This document shows positions 29,800 to 39,318 of a DNA stretch of 64,000 nucleotides, piece by piece; the stretch's first letter is position 1; the number at the start of each line of letters is the position of its first letter. Source of the DNA: Desulfobulbaceae bacterium (GTDB taxonomy: Bacteria; Bacteroidota; Ignavibacteria; Kapaibacteriales; UBA2268); assembly GCA_018335795.1 (NCBI GenBank), contig JAGXRP010000033.1, forward strand, positions 5,973-69,972, in the 5' to 3' direction. The notes below the pieces were generated by a model. That model did no database searches. It was not told the origin of the DNA and worked only from the letters and a program-made list of their open reading frames with translations. The translations under genes and the position numbers were made by a program.

Positions 29800-31077
29800 T
29801 TATTGTTTTGCTAATTGCGAGATATCTGCTTTGGTTAATACTTTGTTGTAAATCTTCAAATCATCAATTGCTCCTTTGAAGATTCTATTGTTTAATGAGC
29901 GTTTACCAATGAATAAATTCAAATTTGATGGATCGGGTTGAGGGACCATGCTTTGGGCAACTTCAACGCCATTAGCATATATTATTAGGCTCGTTCCATT
30001 ATAAACAAGAGTTACGTGTGTCCAGATATTTGGTTGAACCAAAAAATCAGAAGGACAGTAACTTCTTCCACTCTGTGTTTTGTATATTTCTGAAGATATG
30101 TAACCATTTTTCAATAAAAATGCAAAACTTGACATATTTGGCGTGGCTGCACCATATCTACTTACTAAATCTACTTCACCTTCATATGTATTGCCATATC
30201 CAGGATCCGGCTTGACCCACAAAGCTATTGTAAAAGTTTTTGTGAAATCCATAAATGTAGATTTCATAACTTCAACGTATGCTGAGCCATTGAAGTAAGC
30301 AGCAGAATTGTCTTTCCCAAATCTGTTTTTTGTGTAAGTTATATTTGTTTGTTGGCAAGAATGAGTATAACTCGACATGTCATTGACAATATTGTCAAAA
30401 CTTAAATTCAAAATTAGAGCATCACTTGGATCTATTTCTTTATAATTGAAACTCCAAACATCACTTTCAGAATAACCACCAAAATCGTCAAAAGCTCCAA
30501 TTTTCCAGTAATATTTCGAGTTAGTGCTAAGTCCGGATAGCTGATATTCAGTTACATCAATCCCCGATTCGATAATTTGAAGACTATTAGCTGAAAGTCC
30601 AAAATATACATCATATAACAAAACATCATTTTCGGGATCTGTACACATCCAATCTAATGCTGGTTGTGAGTTCACAGTTATATCATCTGGTGGAGAGATT
30701 AATAATGGCTTATTTGGAGGATCGTTTTCTACATCAAAATTATCAAGGATTATCGTGGCTTCTGATGTTTTATTTCCCAAAATGCTAATGTTTACATACT
30801 TCGGGGAATAACCTTCTTTTTTTGCATATACTCTGTATAATCCAATTGGTACTTGAACGAAAATAAATTCTCCATTTGATTTAGAAACCAAAACTTCCGT
30901 AGGGGGAATTGTATAAATTTCAGCTCCTTCTATTGGAGACAGGTCCTTTGTAATCACTTTTCCATTTATACGCCCAAATTGACTTTCGTTATTATTTGAA
31001 TCTGATGAGCTATCACAAGAAACAATCAAAGTAGTCAAAATCAGGAGCAGCAGAAAGTTTTTCATAATTTTATCCAA
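29800..31077 (-). CDS. Lipoprotein with carboxypeptidase-regulatory-like, FN3-like and C-terminal LamG/concanavalin-A-like lectin domains
   Basis: Lipobox LIVSC. GRINGKV...GAEI is the CarboxypepD_reg pattern. C-terminal AAYFNGSAYVEV...GAIDDLKIYNKVLT is the LamG_3 jelly-roll pattern. Confidence 0.6.
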   Translation of the reverse strand: MDKIMKNFLLLLILTTLIVSCDSSSDSNNNESQFGRINGKVITKDLSPIEGAEIYTIPPTEVLVSKSNGEFIFVQVPIGLYRVYAKKEGYSPKYVNISILGNKTSEATIILDNFDVENDPPNKPLLISPPDDITVNSQPALDWMCTDPENDVLLYDVYFGLSANSLQIIESGIDVTEYQLSGLSTNSKYYWKIGAFDDFGGYSESDVWSFNYKEIDPSDALILNLSFDNIVNDMSSYTHSCQQTNITYTKNRFGKDNSAAYFNGSAYVEVMKSTFMDFTKTFTIALWVKPDPGYGNTYEGEVDLVSRYGAATPNMSSFAFLLKNGYISSEIYKTQSGRSYCPSDFLVQPNIWTHVTLVYNGTSLIIYANGVEVAQSMVPQPDPSNLNLFIGKRSLNNRIFKGAIDDLKIYNKVLTKADISQLAKQ

Positions 31078-31144
31078 TGATTAATGAATTAGTGCCAAAT
31101 TAAGAAAATTATGTTAATTAGCAAAAGAATTGTAATATTATTTT

Positions 31145-32107
31145 TTATTTTTTTGCTATTATTGTGCCTCTGTATCCATCCACCTCTCTTAATAATTTGT
31201 AGCCGAGGGATTGAAGGGGTGGGACTATGGATTTGAATGCGGCTTCGCCATTGACTTCGTGGAGTGCTTCGATGAGTAGTTTGGGTGATTGGGTGGTGAG
31301 GAATTTTGTAGCTCCTTTGATGGCTTCTATTTCTGCACCTTCGATGTCCATTTTTAGGTAGCTGACTTTGTCGTAGCCTTGTCGTTCGATGATTTCATCT
31401 AAGGTTTCGCAGTGGATTGTGACTACTTGCTTGTTTGTGAATAATTCGTTGTCGTAGTCAATCAAGGTGTGCTCGCCCGGGCGGTTGCTGATGTGGAATT
31501 CTTTTGTGCATTTTTCAGACCATAGCGCTAATGGTATGATTTCGACATTTTGCAGATTGTTGTTGTCGAGATTTCGCTGGAGTGTGATGCGGTTTTGCTC
31601 GTCGGGCTCGATTGCGATTACTTTGCCTTTGGAGCCGACTTTTTTTGCTGCTTGGACTGTGAAGCCGCCGATGTTTGCTCCTGCATCTATGACTGTGTCG
31701 CCTTCGTTGATGTCGAAATAGGTGAAGTACTCGCTGTGGATGAAGAGCTCGCTGAGTATTTCGTATAGGAAGTAGTATTTGTTGACATCAAGGATTTTGT
31801 CCATTTTTGATTTTGTACCATAGTTGTAGCGCTCGGTGAAGTTGATTTCAGCCGGAATCTGCGATGGGGGAGATTCTAAGATTATTCCGCTTTTTAGCGT
31901 TACTTTCAAACTGCCGTCAGCGGTAATTTGGCTACGGGAAATTATATCGTTTACTTGGTAGTATTTGTTGAAAAATCGGTAATAAAGCAACTTCACAGGT
32001 GTGAGCAAAGCTGAATTTGAATCTGCAATTTTATTTTTGAAAGACATTTTTCTTAAATCATTTTTTGAACATCTTACTAAAATAAGCAAATTCGACAACA
32101 ATTTCAT
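31145..32107 (-). CDS. FkbM-family SAM-dependent methyltransferase
   Basis: VIDAGANIGGFT glycine-rich SAM motif and MDIEGAE. The gene has markedly higher GC and a G+T-rich sense complement compared with its neighbours. Confidence 0.75.
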   Translation of the reverse strand: MKLLSNLLILVRCSKNDLRKMSFKNKIADSNSALLTPVKLLYYRFFNKYYQVNDIISRSQITADGSLKVTLKSGIILESPPSQIPAEINFTERYNYGTKSKMDKILDVNKYYFLYEILSELFIHSEYFTYFDINEGDTVIDAGANIGGFTVQAAKKVGSKGKVIAIEPDEQNRITLQRNLDNNNLQNVEIIPLALWSEKCTKEFHISNRPGEHTLIDYDNELFTNKQVVTIHCETLDEIIERQGYDKVSYLKMDIEGAEIEAIKGATKFLTTQSPKLLIEALHEVNGEAAFKSIVPPLQSLGYKLLREVDGYRGTIIAKK

Positions 32108-32210
32108 TTGTTCATCATTTTTTCGTGCTTTCTTGTATAAACGGTTTGTTTATTCACAAATATCTGTATTTTTGCTTTTTCAAAGTGCTAAGATTTAATC
32201 GGGTGTGATT

Positions 32211-33206
32211 ATGAGAAAGAAAAATTTGGATAGTAGCCAACAAGTTAGGCGAATACTTCGAATATTGAGACTTTTGTCATCAAATAATAATATGACTTCT
32301 ACAGAAATTTTCGACCATTTGATTGAAGATTGTAAAGAGGTTTCGATTCGGAGTATCCAACGAGATTTGAAGGTTTTGCTTGATGACGGGTATTTGGATA
32401 AACGTAAATCGGGCAAGGTAACGTTGTGGAAACTTAAGAAACATTCAAACATTGATTTCAGCCCCAAAAATATTCGTGAGAGTGAAATGATTTCATTCTA
32501 TATTTTGAAAGCGTATATAAGCACTTTCCGAGGCACTACTATTGAAACAGATTTGAACGAATTGTCTACTAAGTTAGAGTCGATGGTTCCGGGTGCAGTT
32601 TTTCTGGAGGACCCTTTTTATGGAGACCAAAACATTGGGTCATACGATTATTCTGATAAACATGAAATTTTGAGACTTTGCATCAAGCACATTAACGAGA
32701 AAAATTGGATTAAGATTAAATACGAGCGCTTGACTGACGATTTGGTTAAGGATTATACTATTTTTCCGCAATTTTTATATTCATACTTAGGCACAATCTA
32801 TCTGATAGCTTATAATCCGACACACAAAAGGTCAACTAATTTTGCTATACAAAACATCAAATCGATTGATGAAATATTTAATGCAATTAAAACAGAACCT
32901 AAATTTGATTATGACAAATTCAGGTCAGAAAGATTTGCTGTGATAGATGGTGATGTTGAAATGGTGAAAATCGTAATCAAAAAGGCATATGTAAAATATT
33001 TCGAGAATCGCCACATTCATATTTCGCAAAAAATCACAAGAAGTAAATCCGGTAATCTGAATATTGAGTTGAAAGTACCAATATCGAGCGATTTCATTTC
33101 GTGGTTGTCCCGATGGTGCAATGCGATAGCAGATATCCAACCAAAAGCACTCAAAGATGAATTATTGCTTCGGCTCAAAGATGCTGTAAAAACTTTGGAT
33201 GTATAG
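32211..33206 (+). CDS. WYL-domain transcriptional regulator (N-terminal HTH, central WYL, C-terminal WCX-like)
   Basis: HTH region RRILRILRLL...TEIFDHL...VSIRSIQRDL. WYL-type beta region KIKYERLTDDLVKDYTIFPQFLYSYLGTIYLIAYNP. ATG at 32211; an in-frame GTG lies at 32205. Confidence 0.7.
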   Translation: MRKKNLDSSQQVRRILRILRLLSSNNNMTSTEIFDHLIEDCKEVSIRSIQRDLKVLLDDGYLDKRKSGKVTLWKLKKHSNIDFSPKNIRESEMISFYILKAYISTFRGTTIETDLNELSTKLESMVPGAVFLEDPFYGDQNIGSYDYSDKHEILRLCIKHINEKNWIKIKYERLTDDLVKDYTIFPQFLYSYLGTIYLIAYNPTHKRSTNFAIQNIKSIDEIFNAIKTEPKFDYDKFRSERFAVIDGDVEMVKIVIKKAYVKYFENRHIHISQKITRSKSGNLNIELKVPISSDFISWLSRWCNAIADIQPKALKDELLLRLKDAVKTLDV

Positions 33207-33243
33207 AATTAAATTATTTTATACTTTGATTTTTTTTCCCATA

Positions 33244-33280
33244 CAAAAAAAGAAGAAGACAATATCTTGTCTTCTTCATC
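33244..33280 (-). terminator. Rho-independent terminator for tRNA-Met (minus strand)
   Basis: Stem GAAGAAGACAA / TTGTCTTCTTC; on the minus strand it is followed by TTTTTTT (plus-strand A-run 33244-33250). Confidence 0.6.
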
Positions 33281-33292
33281 TAATTCTATTTG

Positions 33293-33366
33293 TACCGGAG
33301 GAGGGATTTGAACCCCCGACACCCAGATTATGATTCTGATGCTCTAACCAACTGAGCTACTCCGGC
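33293..33366 (-). tRNA. tRNA with CAU anticodon (elongator tRNA-Met type; tRNA-Ile2/lysidine not excluded)
   Basis: Cloverleaf folded by hand: acceptor GCCGGAG/CTCCGGT, D-arm GCTC/GAGC, anticodon stem TCAGA/TCTGG with loop ATCATAA (CAT at positions 34-36), T-arm GGGGG-TTCAAAT-CCCTC, discriminator A. The C11-G24 pair and the lack of GGG/CCC in the anticodon stem argue against an initiator. Confidence 0.85.
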
Positions 33367-33395
33367 GCATAATAGACTACAAAAATAAGCGTTTT

Positions 33396-33986
33396 TTACG
33401 AACTTTCCAAAAGTCTTTTTAATTCATCGCGAAGATTTGCAGCTTTTTCGTAATTTTCCTCTTTTATAGCTTTGTCTAATTCGATTTGTAGCTGCTCAAC
33501 TTTGCTCTTAGGTTGGATTTTGGTTTTCTTGTCAGGCTCTTTCATAAATTTCAAATCATCATCGTCATGATTGGGCAATTCTTCATCTTGAGGTACTACG
33601 CCTGTCATATCCAATATATCTGCATTCACAAATACCGGAATACCATATCGAACTGCTAATGCAACAGCATCTGAAGGACGTGAATCAATCTCAATATCGT
33701 TGTCGAATATCAATTTAGCATAAAAAGTACCGTCAACCAAATCATTAATGTGAACTTCGGTTAGTGTGGAGTCAAAACTGTCCACAATAGCTTTAATAAG
33801 GTCGTGAGTCATAGGGCGCGGCGGTATTACGCCTTCCATTTCCAGTGCAATAGCTTGTGCTTCAAAAGCGCCGATAATGATAGGTAATCTTCTTTCACCG
33901 TCCACTTCTTTCATAATCAAAGCGTAGGCATTGTTGCTCGCAGGGCTTGCCGATAATCCTAATACTACTAATTGTACTTTATCCAT
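33396..33986 (-). CDS. Bifunctional nuclease (BFN/DUF151) family protein with C-terminal UVR-like motif
   Basis: PIIIGAFEAQAIALEMEGVIPPRPMTHDL is the BFN-domain pattern; ENYEKAANLRDELKRL is UVR-like. 196 aa. Confidence 0.65.
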   Translation of the reverse strand: MDKVQLVVLGLSASPASNNAYALIMKEVDGERRLPIIIGAFEAQAIALEMEGVIPPRPMTHDLIKAIVDSFDSTLTEVHINDLVDGTFYAKLIFDNDIEIDSRPSDAVALAVRYGIPVFVNADILDMTGVVPQDEELPNHDDDDLKFMKEPDKKTKIQPKSKVEQLQIELDKAIKEENYEKAANLRDELKRLLESS

Positions 33987-34113
33987 AAATTTTATTCATT
34001 TTCAAATATAAAAAGACTGCTAATCTTGCGTTTTATTTGATATTTGGTATTGTTTGTGATTGTAAAAAAAAGGTGGAGTTCATTTCCACCTTATTGAATT
34101 AATATAACGTTTA

Positions 34114-35079
34114 TCAGCCTTTGACAGCTTTTATTTTTTCAGTCAGTTTTGGTACAATTTCAAAAACGTCGCCAATGATTCCATAATCGGCAACTTTGAA
34201 AATTGGAGCATCTTTGTCCTTGTTGATTGCCAATATCACTTTCGAGCTCGACATACCTGCAAGATGTTGGACTGCTCCCGATATAGCACAAGCCACATAT
34301 AAATTTGGCGAAACAGTTTTACCTGTTTGACCAACTTGCTCTGCATGTGGTCTCCATCCGGCATCAACAACAGCACGCGATGCACCGACCGCTCCACCTA
34401 AAGTCGCTGCCAAATTCTCGACCATTGAGAAATTTCCGGCTTCTTTGAAACCACGGCCACCGCTTACGATAATGTCTGCTTCTGAAACGTCAAGTTTACC
34501 CGCATTTTTAGAAACATTTGTAACAGTTGCTTTTTTGTCATTATCAGAGATTGTTGCAGTGAAGTTGGTGACTTCAGGGCTTCCTACATCGTTTTTAATT
34601 GCTGTAAAAACGTTGGGGCGCAAAGAGAAAATTTTAGTTGCTTTGTTGATTTTTGTTTTAATCAGTGCTTTACCGGCATAAACAGGTTTTGTTGCAATAA
34701 TGTTGCCATCTGCAACTTCCAATCCAACACAATCAGCAACATATCCGGCGTCAATTTTTGCTGCTACTCTTGGAGCAATTTCCAATCCTGCGGCATTTGC
34801 TGCAAATAGTAAAACATCGGCAGATTCTGCTTTTGCCACTTGACTGACTATTTCGGCATATGCAGTTGATGAATAAGCTCCGCTGAATTCAACTGAAACT
34901 AATTTTTTCAATCCGAATTGTCCTGCCGAAGTAAATATTGATGGATTTCCTCCGATACATAACCCGAATATTTCAGCACCATTTGATTGAGCTAAGTTTT
35001 TTGCGGCAGTTATTAATTCGTTTGAAACTCTTTTGAAACCGTTATTTTGTGGCTCGAGATATACTAATATTTTTTTCAT
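34114..35079 (-). CDS. etfA: Electron transfer flavoprotein alpha subunit
   Basis: C-terminal FAD-binding region ...IVSGGRG...[12 protein letters not shown]...QVGQTGK, 321 aa; operon partner etfB is immediately upstream. Confidence 0.9.
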   Translation of the reverse strand: MKKILVYLEPQNNGFKRVSNELITAAKNLAQSNGAEIFGLCIGGNPSIFTSAGQFGLKKLVSVEFSGAYSSTAYAEIVSQVAKAESADVLLFAANAAGLEIAPRVAAKIDAGYVADCVGLEVADGNIIATKPVYAGKALIKTKINKATKIFSLRPNVFTAIKNDVGSPEVTNFTATISDNDKKATVTNVSKNAGKLDVSEADIIVSGGRGFKEAGNFSMVENLAATLGGAVGASRAVVDAGWRPHAEQVGQTGKTVSPNLYVACAISGAVQHLAGMSSSKVILAINKDKDAPIFKVADYGIIGDVFEIVPKLTEKIKAVKG

Positions 35080-35092
35080 TTTCGTTCCTTTA

Positions 35093-35866
35093 TTAAATTA
35101 CTTTCGCATCTTCATGCAATGAGCGAACTATTTCGTTAATGTCGGCATCTGAATCTCCAAGGATTTTGCCAACGCGTTTGTTTACGGGTAATGCAATTGA
35201 AATGACTTCAACAGCAGCATCTACTTGGAAAAAGGGAACTTCATCTATTGGTTTCTTTTTAGCTTTCATTATATCGGGTAATTTGGGGTAACGTGGTTCA
35301 TTCAATCCCTTTTGAGCGCTAATTGCACAGGGAATTGAAAGCTCTACAGTTTCTTTTCCACCTTCAATATCACGTTCAGCTATGACTTTAGCTCCGTCAA
35401 CATTGAGTTTGGAAACAACCGAAGCAGATGGAATGTTCAATAATTCCGCTACCATCGAAGGAATTTGGAATGAATCAAAATCTACACTTTGGCGACCAAA
35501 AAAAATTATGTCGAAATTTTGATCTTTTACGCAATTTGCAATATTATGAGCAACTTGGTATGAATCAAGTTCGGAAGGTGCTTTTATGAAAATAGCCGAA
35601 TCGGCACCCATTGCCAAAGCATTACGCAAAATATCAGTCGCATCGTCGGCGGATACTGTCAATGCGGTTACTTCACCACCATTTTTTTCTTTCAATCTAA
35701 TTGCTTCTTCTAATGCAAATTCATCATAAGGGTTAAGTATGTACTTGACTCCTTTACTGTCAATTGTCTTTCCGTCAGGACCGACAAAAATCTTTGTAGC
35801 AGTGTCCGGTACACGTGATACACATACAAGTGAGTTCATTTTTTCTCCGTCTAATTCAAATATCAT
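35093..35866 (-). CDS. etfB: Electron transfer flavoprotein beta subunit
   Basis: LVCVSRVPDT...KYILNPYDEFALEEAIRLKE is the EtfB pattern. 257 aa. Confidence 0.9.
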   Translation of the reverse strand: MIFELDGEKMNSLVCVSRVPDTATKIFVGPDGKTIDSKGVKYILNPYDEFALEEAIRLKEKNGGEVTALTVSADDATDILRNALAMGADSAIFIKAPSELDSYQVAHNIANCVKDQNFDIIFFGRQSVDFDSFQIPSMVAELLNIPSASVVSKLNVDGAKVIAERDIEGGKETVELSIPCAISAQKGLNEPRYPKLPDIMKAKKKPIDEVPFFQVDAAVEVISIALPVNKRVGKILGDSDADINEIVRSLHEDAKVI

Positions 35867-35938
35867 TTCTAAAATTTTATAAAAGTTAGAAACGAATTTA
35901 AAGCAAGATATTTTATTTGGAAGGTGAAATTATCGTTC

Positions 35939-36361
35939 TTATTTGGACTTTTTCAAGAGGAACATAATCGAATCATTAATTTTCGAATAGGCTTTAACGG
36001 CGCATGGTGGTATATCGGTCAAATGCCACGAAACAGGGTGATTAACGGTACAAATCGCTCCATCTTGACGGAAAGTCAAGCTAATTTCGCCATCAACTAT
36101 ATTGACTTTATCGCTGCAATACAAAATTTGCCAAACTAAAATATTTTTCTCGATTTCTGTGGGCTTATCTGTGATAATTTTATAGACAGATTCCTTTTTT
36201 TGAATTGCCATTTTCCAAGTTTTAATTGGTGTATCGACAGTTTCATTATAGAGTCTGAATTCTCCACCTACTACTACATTTGGAGAGGCTGACAAAGTAA
36301 CTGTCACATCAGAAATCTTGTTGCTAATGACACAAAAGCGGTCTAATTTACTCTCTTTCAT
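35939..36361 (-). CDS. Hypothetical protein (140 aa), translationally coupled (ATGA overlap) to the uvrA stop
   Basis: ORF only; no motif recognised. Its start overlaps the uvrA stop by 4 nt. Confidence 0.4.
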   Translation of the reverse strand: MKESKLDRFCVISNKISDVTVTLSASPNVVVGGEFRLYNETVDTPIKTWKMAIQKKESVYKIITDKPTEIEKNILVWQILYCSDKVNIVDGEISLTFRQDGAICTVNHPVSWHLTDIPPCAVKAYSKINDSIMFLLKKSK

Positions 36362-39261
36362 GTTTGTTTCATTTCCTCCCTTAAGTATTTCGCAGTCAAA
36401 CTTGTTTTCTTCTTGATAATACTTTCAGGAGTTCCTTCAGCAATAATTTGTCCACCAAATTTTCCACCTTCGGGACCTAAATCAATTATCCAATCAGCAT
36501 TTTTAACCACATCAAGATTATGTTCGATAACAACGACTGTATTGCCTTTATCAGCTAATTTGTGCAACATTGCTAATAGCATATTTATATCTTCAAAATG
36601 TAGTCCTGTTGTTGGTTCATCTAATAAATATAACGTTTTACCTGTCGAAACTTTTGATAATTCGGCCGAAAGTTTGACTCTTTGAGCTTCGCCACCGGAT
36701 AAGGTAGGAGCTTGTTGCCCTAATTTAATATATCCAAGCCCGACTTCAAACATCGTTTTGATTTTCTTTTTCAATTTCGGTATGTCCGTAAAAAATTCGT
36801 TTGCTTCTTCAACAGTCATGTTCAAAACATCTGCGATTGATTTACCTTTGAATTTAACTTGCAAAGTTTCCGAATTATATCTCTGACCTTTACATTCGTC
36901 GCAAGTAACATAAACGTCCGGCAAAAAGTTCATTTCAATTTTTTTAATTCCTGCTCCCTGACATTCTTCGCATCTGCCTCCTTCGACGTTAAAAGAAAAT
37001 CTTCCCGATTTGTAACCCCGAATTTTGGCTTCTCGTAACTCAGCAAAATGGTCTCGAATTAAAGTGAATAGACCTGTGTAAGTAGCAGGATTGGAGCGTG
37101 GAGTTCTTCCGATGGGAGATTGGTCAATTTCGATTATTTTGTCAATATTATCAATACCATCAACGGAGCTATAGGGCAGAGGTACGGAACTGCTATTTTT
37201 ATTCAAATATCGTGAAAGTATTGGGTACAGCGTATCATTTATTAGCGAACTTTTGCCTGAGCCGCTCATTCCGGTTATACATACAAATGTTCCTAAAGGA
37301 ATTTTCAATGTTACGCTTTTCAAATTATTACCGGTTGCACCTTGCAAAATGATATATTTCCCATTTCCTTTACGACGTTCGGTAGGTGTTGTAATTGACT
37401 TAACATTTAGTAAATACTGTGCAGTCAAGGAATTGTTAAGTGCTTTGCTACTTAATTTATTCAATTCTTTCAAGGTGCCAGAAAATATAATCTCTCCTCC
37501 GTGAATTCCTGCTCCGGGACCAATATCAACGATGTGGTCGCCACTTTCAATCATAGCTTTATCATGTTCGACCACTATTACAGAATTTCCCAAATCACGC
37601 AATTCTTTGAGCGAATTTATTAGACGGTTATTATCATGTTGGTGCAATCCTATACTTGGTTCATCAAGTACATACAATACGCCTACAAGTTGCGAACCAA
37701 TTTGCGATGCCAATCGTATTCGTTGGGATTCACCGCCCGATAAAGTACGAAGGGGACGATTAAGATGTATATAAGCAAGTCCGACATTTTCGAGAAAACT
37801 CAATCTGTTGTTGATTTCCTTGAAAATCAAATGCGAAATCAAAATTTCTCTATCGTTTAACTTCTTTTCGATGTCTTTAATAGAAATTCTCAAATCGGAC
37901 AAGTCCAAATCGCAAAGTTCTTTTATGTTGTTACCATATAATTTGATTTGCAAAGTTTCTTTTTTGAGTCTTCCACCAAAGCAAGTCGGACATTTTATAT
38001 CAGTCAAATAAGGTTCAATATTTTTTTTCTGATTGTATGTAGTCGGGTTTTCATAAATATGTTTCAATGTTGGCAATACACCAAGAAATTTGTGCTTATA
38101 TTTTAGTCCTGTTCTCTCGAAATCATGCTCCAATTCAATAGAGTCTTCATTTCCGTACAAAATCATGTTTAATTTGCTTTGCTCAAGATGCTCCATTGCA
38201 ATGCTCAAATCAATCCCGTGTTTTTCGGCATAAACATCTAATTGTGTCCAAAGCCAACTCAAACTCTTTTTACCCAAAGGAGCAATAGCACCATCATAAA
38301 TTGAAAGTTTTGAATTCTCGAGAATAGCTGACAAATTAAAATCTTTAATTTCTCCAAGCCCTTGGCATGTTGAACATGCTCCGTTTGGCGAATTAAACGA
38401 GAACATATTTGGTACAGGTTCTTCATATGATTCGCCACAATTTGGGCAAGAATATTTTGTGCTGTACAAGACTTCTATGAATTCATCAGTATTAGTTTCA
38501 GATAAAATAATTAGATTTCCTTCGCCACGATTTAGAGCTAATTCTACTGATTCACGTATTCTATTTGTATGATTCTCATTCACAAGGCAACGGTCAACAA
38601 CAAGTTCTATATCATGAATATTGTATCGTTCGAGTTTCATTCCGACTACTAAATCACGAATTTTCTTATCAACTCTGACTTTTGTAAAGCCTTGTTTGGT
38701 AAGCAATTCAAAAAGTTCGCGATAATGACCCTTGCGGCTTTTGATAAGTGGAGCCAGAATTTGAATTCTTTTGTCTTCATAATCGTTCAGTATTGTTTGG
38801 ATTATGTCTTCAGCTGTTCGTTTTATTGCCGGAATATCGCACTTAACACAGTGTTGAATTCCGATTTTTGCAAAAAGCAGTCGCATATAATCATAAATTT
38901 CTGTTGCAGTACCAACTGTAGAGCGTGGATTGTGACTTATTGACTTTTGTTCAATTGATATTGCCGGAGATAGCCCTTCGATAATATCAACTTCGGGTTT
39001 TTGCATCATGCCCAAAAATTGCTTTGCATAAGGACTTAGACATTCAACATATCGCCTGTTAGCTTCTGCATACAATGTATCGAACGCTAACGTGGACTTG
39101 CCCGAACCGGATAATCCTGTAATCACAGTCAGAGAGTCTCGCGGAATAATCAAATCTATATTTTTAAGATTATGCTCACGTCCACCCTTAATGGTAATTT
39201 CTGTGATTTCATCCGCATAATCGCCAAATTCGGAAATAATTGAATCAAATTCTTTAATCAT
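36358..39261 (-). CDS. uvrA: Excinuclease ABC subunit A
   Basis: Two ABC modules (GLSGSGKSTLAFDTLYAE and GMSGSGKSSLINDTL), zinc-finger cysteines, and two LSGGE signature motifs. 967 aa. Confidence 0.95.
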   Translation of the reverse strand: MIKEFDSIISEFGDYADEITEITIKGGREHNLKNIDLIIPRDSLTVITGLSGSGKSTLAFDTLYAEANRRYVECLSPYAKQFLGMMQKPEVDIIEGLSPAISIEQKSISHNPRSTVGTATEIYDYMRLLFAKIGIQHCVKCDIPAIKRTAEDIIQTILNDYEDKRIQILAPLIKSRKGHYRELFELLTKQGFTKVRVDKKIRDLVVGMKLERYNIHDIELVVDRCLVNENHTNRIRESVELALNRGEGNLIILSETNTDEFIEVLYSTKYSCPNCGESYEEPVPNMFSFNSPNGACSTCQGLGEIKDFNLSAILENSKLSIYDGAIAPLGKKSLSWLWTQLDVYAEKHGIDLSIAMEHLEQSKLNMILYGNEDSIELEHDFERTGLKYKHKFLGVLPTLKHIYENPTTYNQKKNIEPYLTDIKCPTCFGGRLKKETLQIKLYGNNIKELCDLDLSDLRISIKDIEKKLNDREILISHLIFKEINNRLSFLENVGLAYIHLNRPLRTLSGGESQRIRLASQIGSQLVGVLYVLDEPSIGLHQHDNNRLINSLKELRDLGNSVIVVEHDKAMIESGDHIVDIGPGAGIHGGEIIFSGTLKELNKLSSKALNNSLTAQYLLNVKSITTPTERRKGNGKYIILQGATGNNLKSVTLKIPLGTFVCITGMSGSGKSSLINDTLYPILSRYLNKNSSSVPLPYSSVDGIDNIDKIIEIDQSPIGRTPRSNPATYTGLFTLIRDHFAELREAKIRGYKSGRFSFNVEGGRCEECQGAGIKKIEMNFLPDVYVTCDECKGQRYNSETLQVKFKGKSIADVLNMTVEEANEFFTDIPKLKKKIKTMFEVGLGYIKLGQQAPTLSGGEAQRVKLSAELSKVSTGKTLYLLDEPTTGLHFEDINMLLAMLHKLADKGNTVVVIEHNLDVVKNADWIIDLGPEGGKFGGQIIAEGTPESIIKKKTSLTAKYLREEMKQT

Positions 39262-39318
39262 AATTTTTTTTTTGAATTTGAAATGCCGTAAAAAGTGTTT
39301 AGAAAATGTTCAAAACTT

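Noticed and set aside
31185-31215. 12-nt similarity (GAGGGATT-GAA) between the FkbM gene 3' end and the tRNA-Met T-arm, considered as a possible att repeat
   Set aside because: The match is short, interrupted, and lies inside intact FkbM coding sequence, so it is most likely chance. No convincing direct repeat of the tRNA 3' end was seen.
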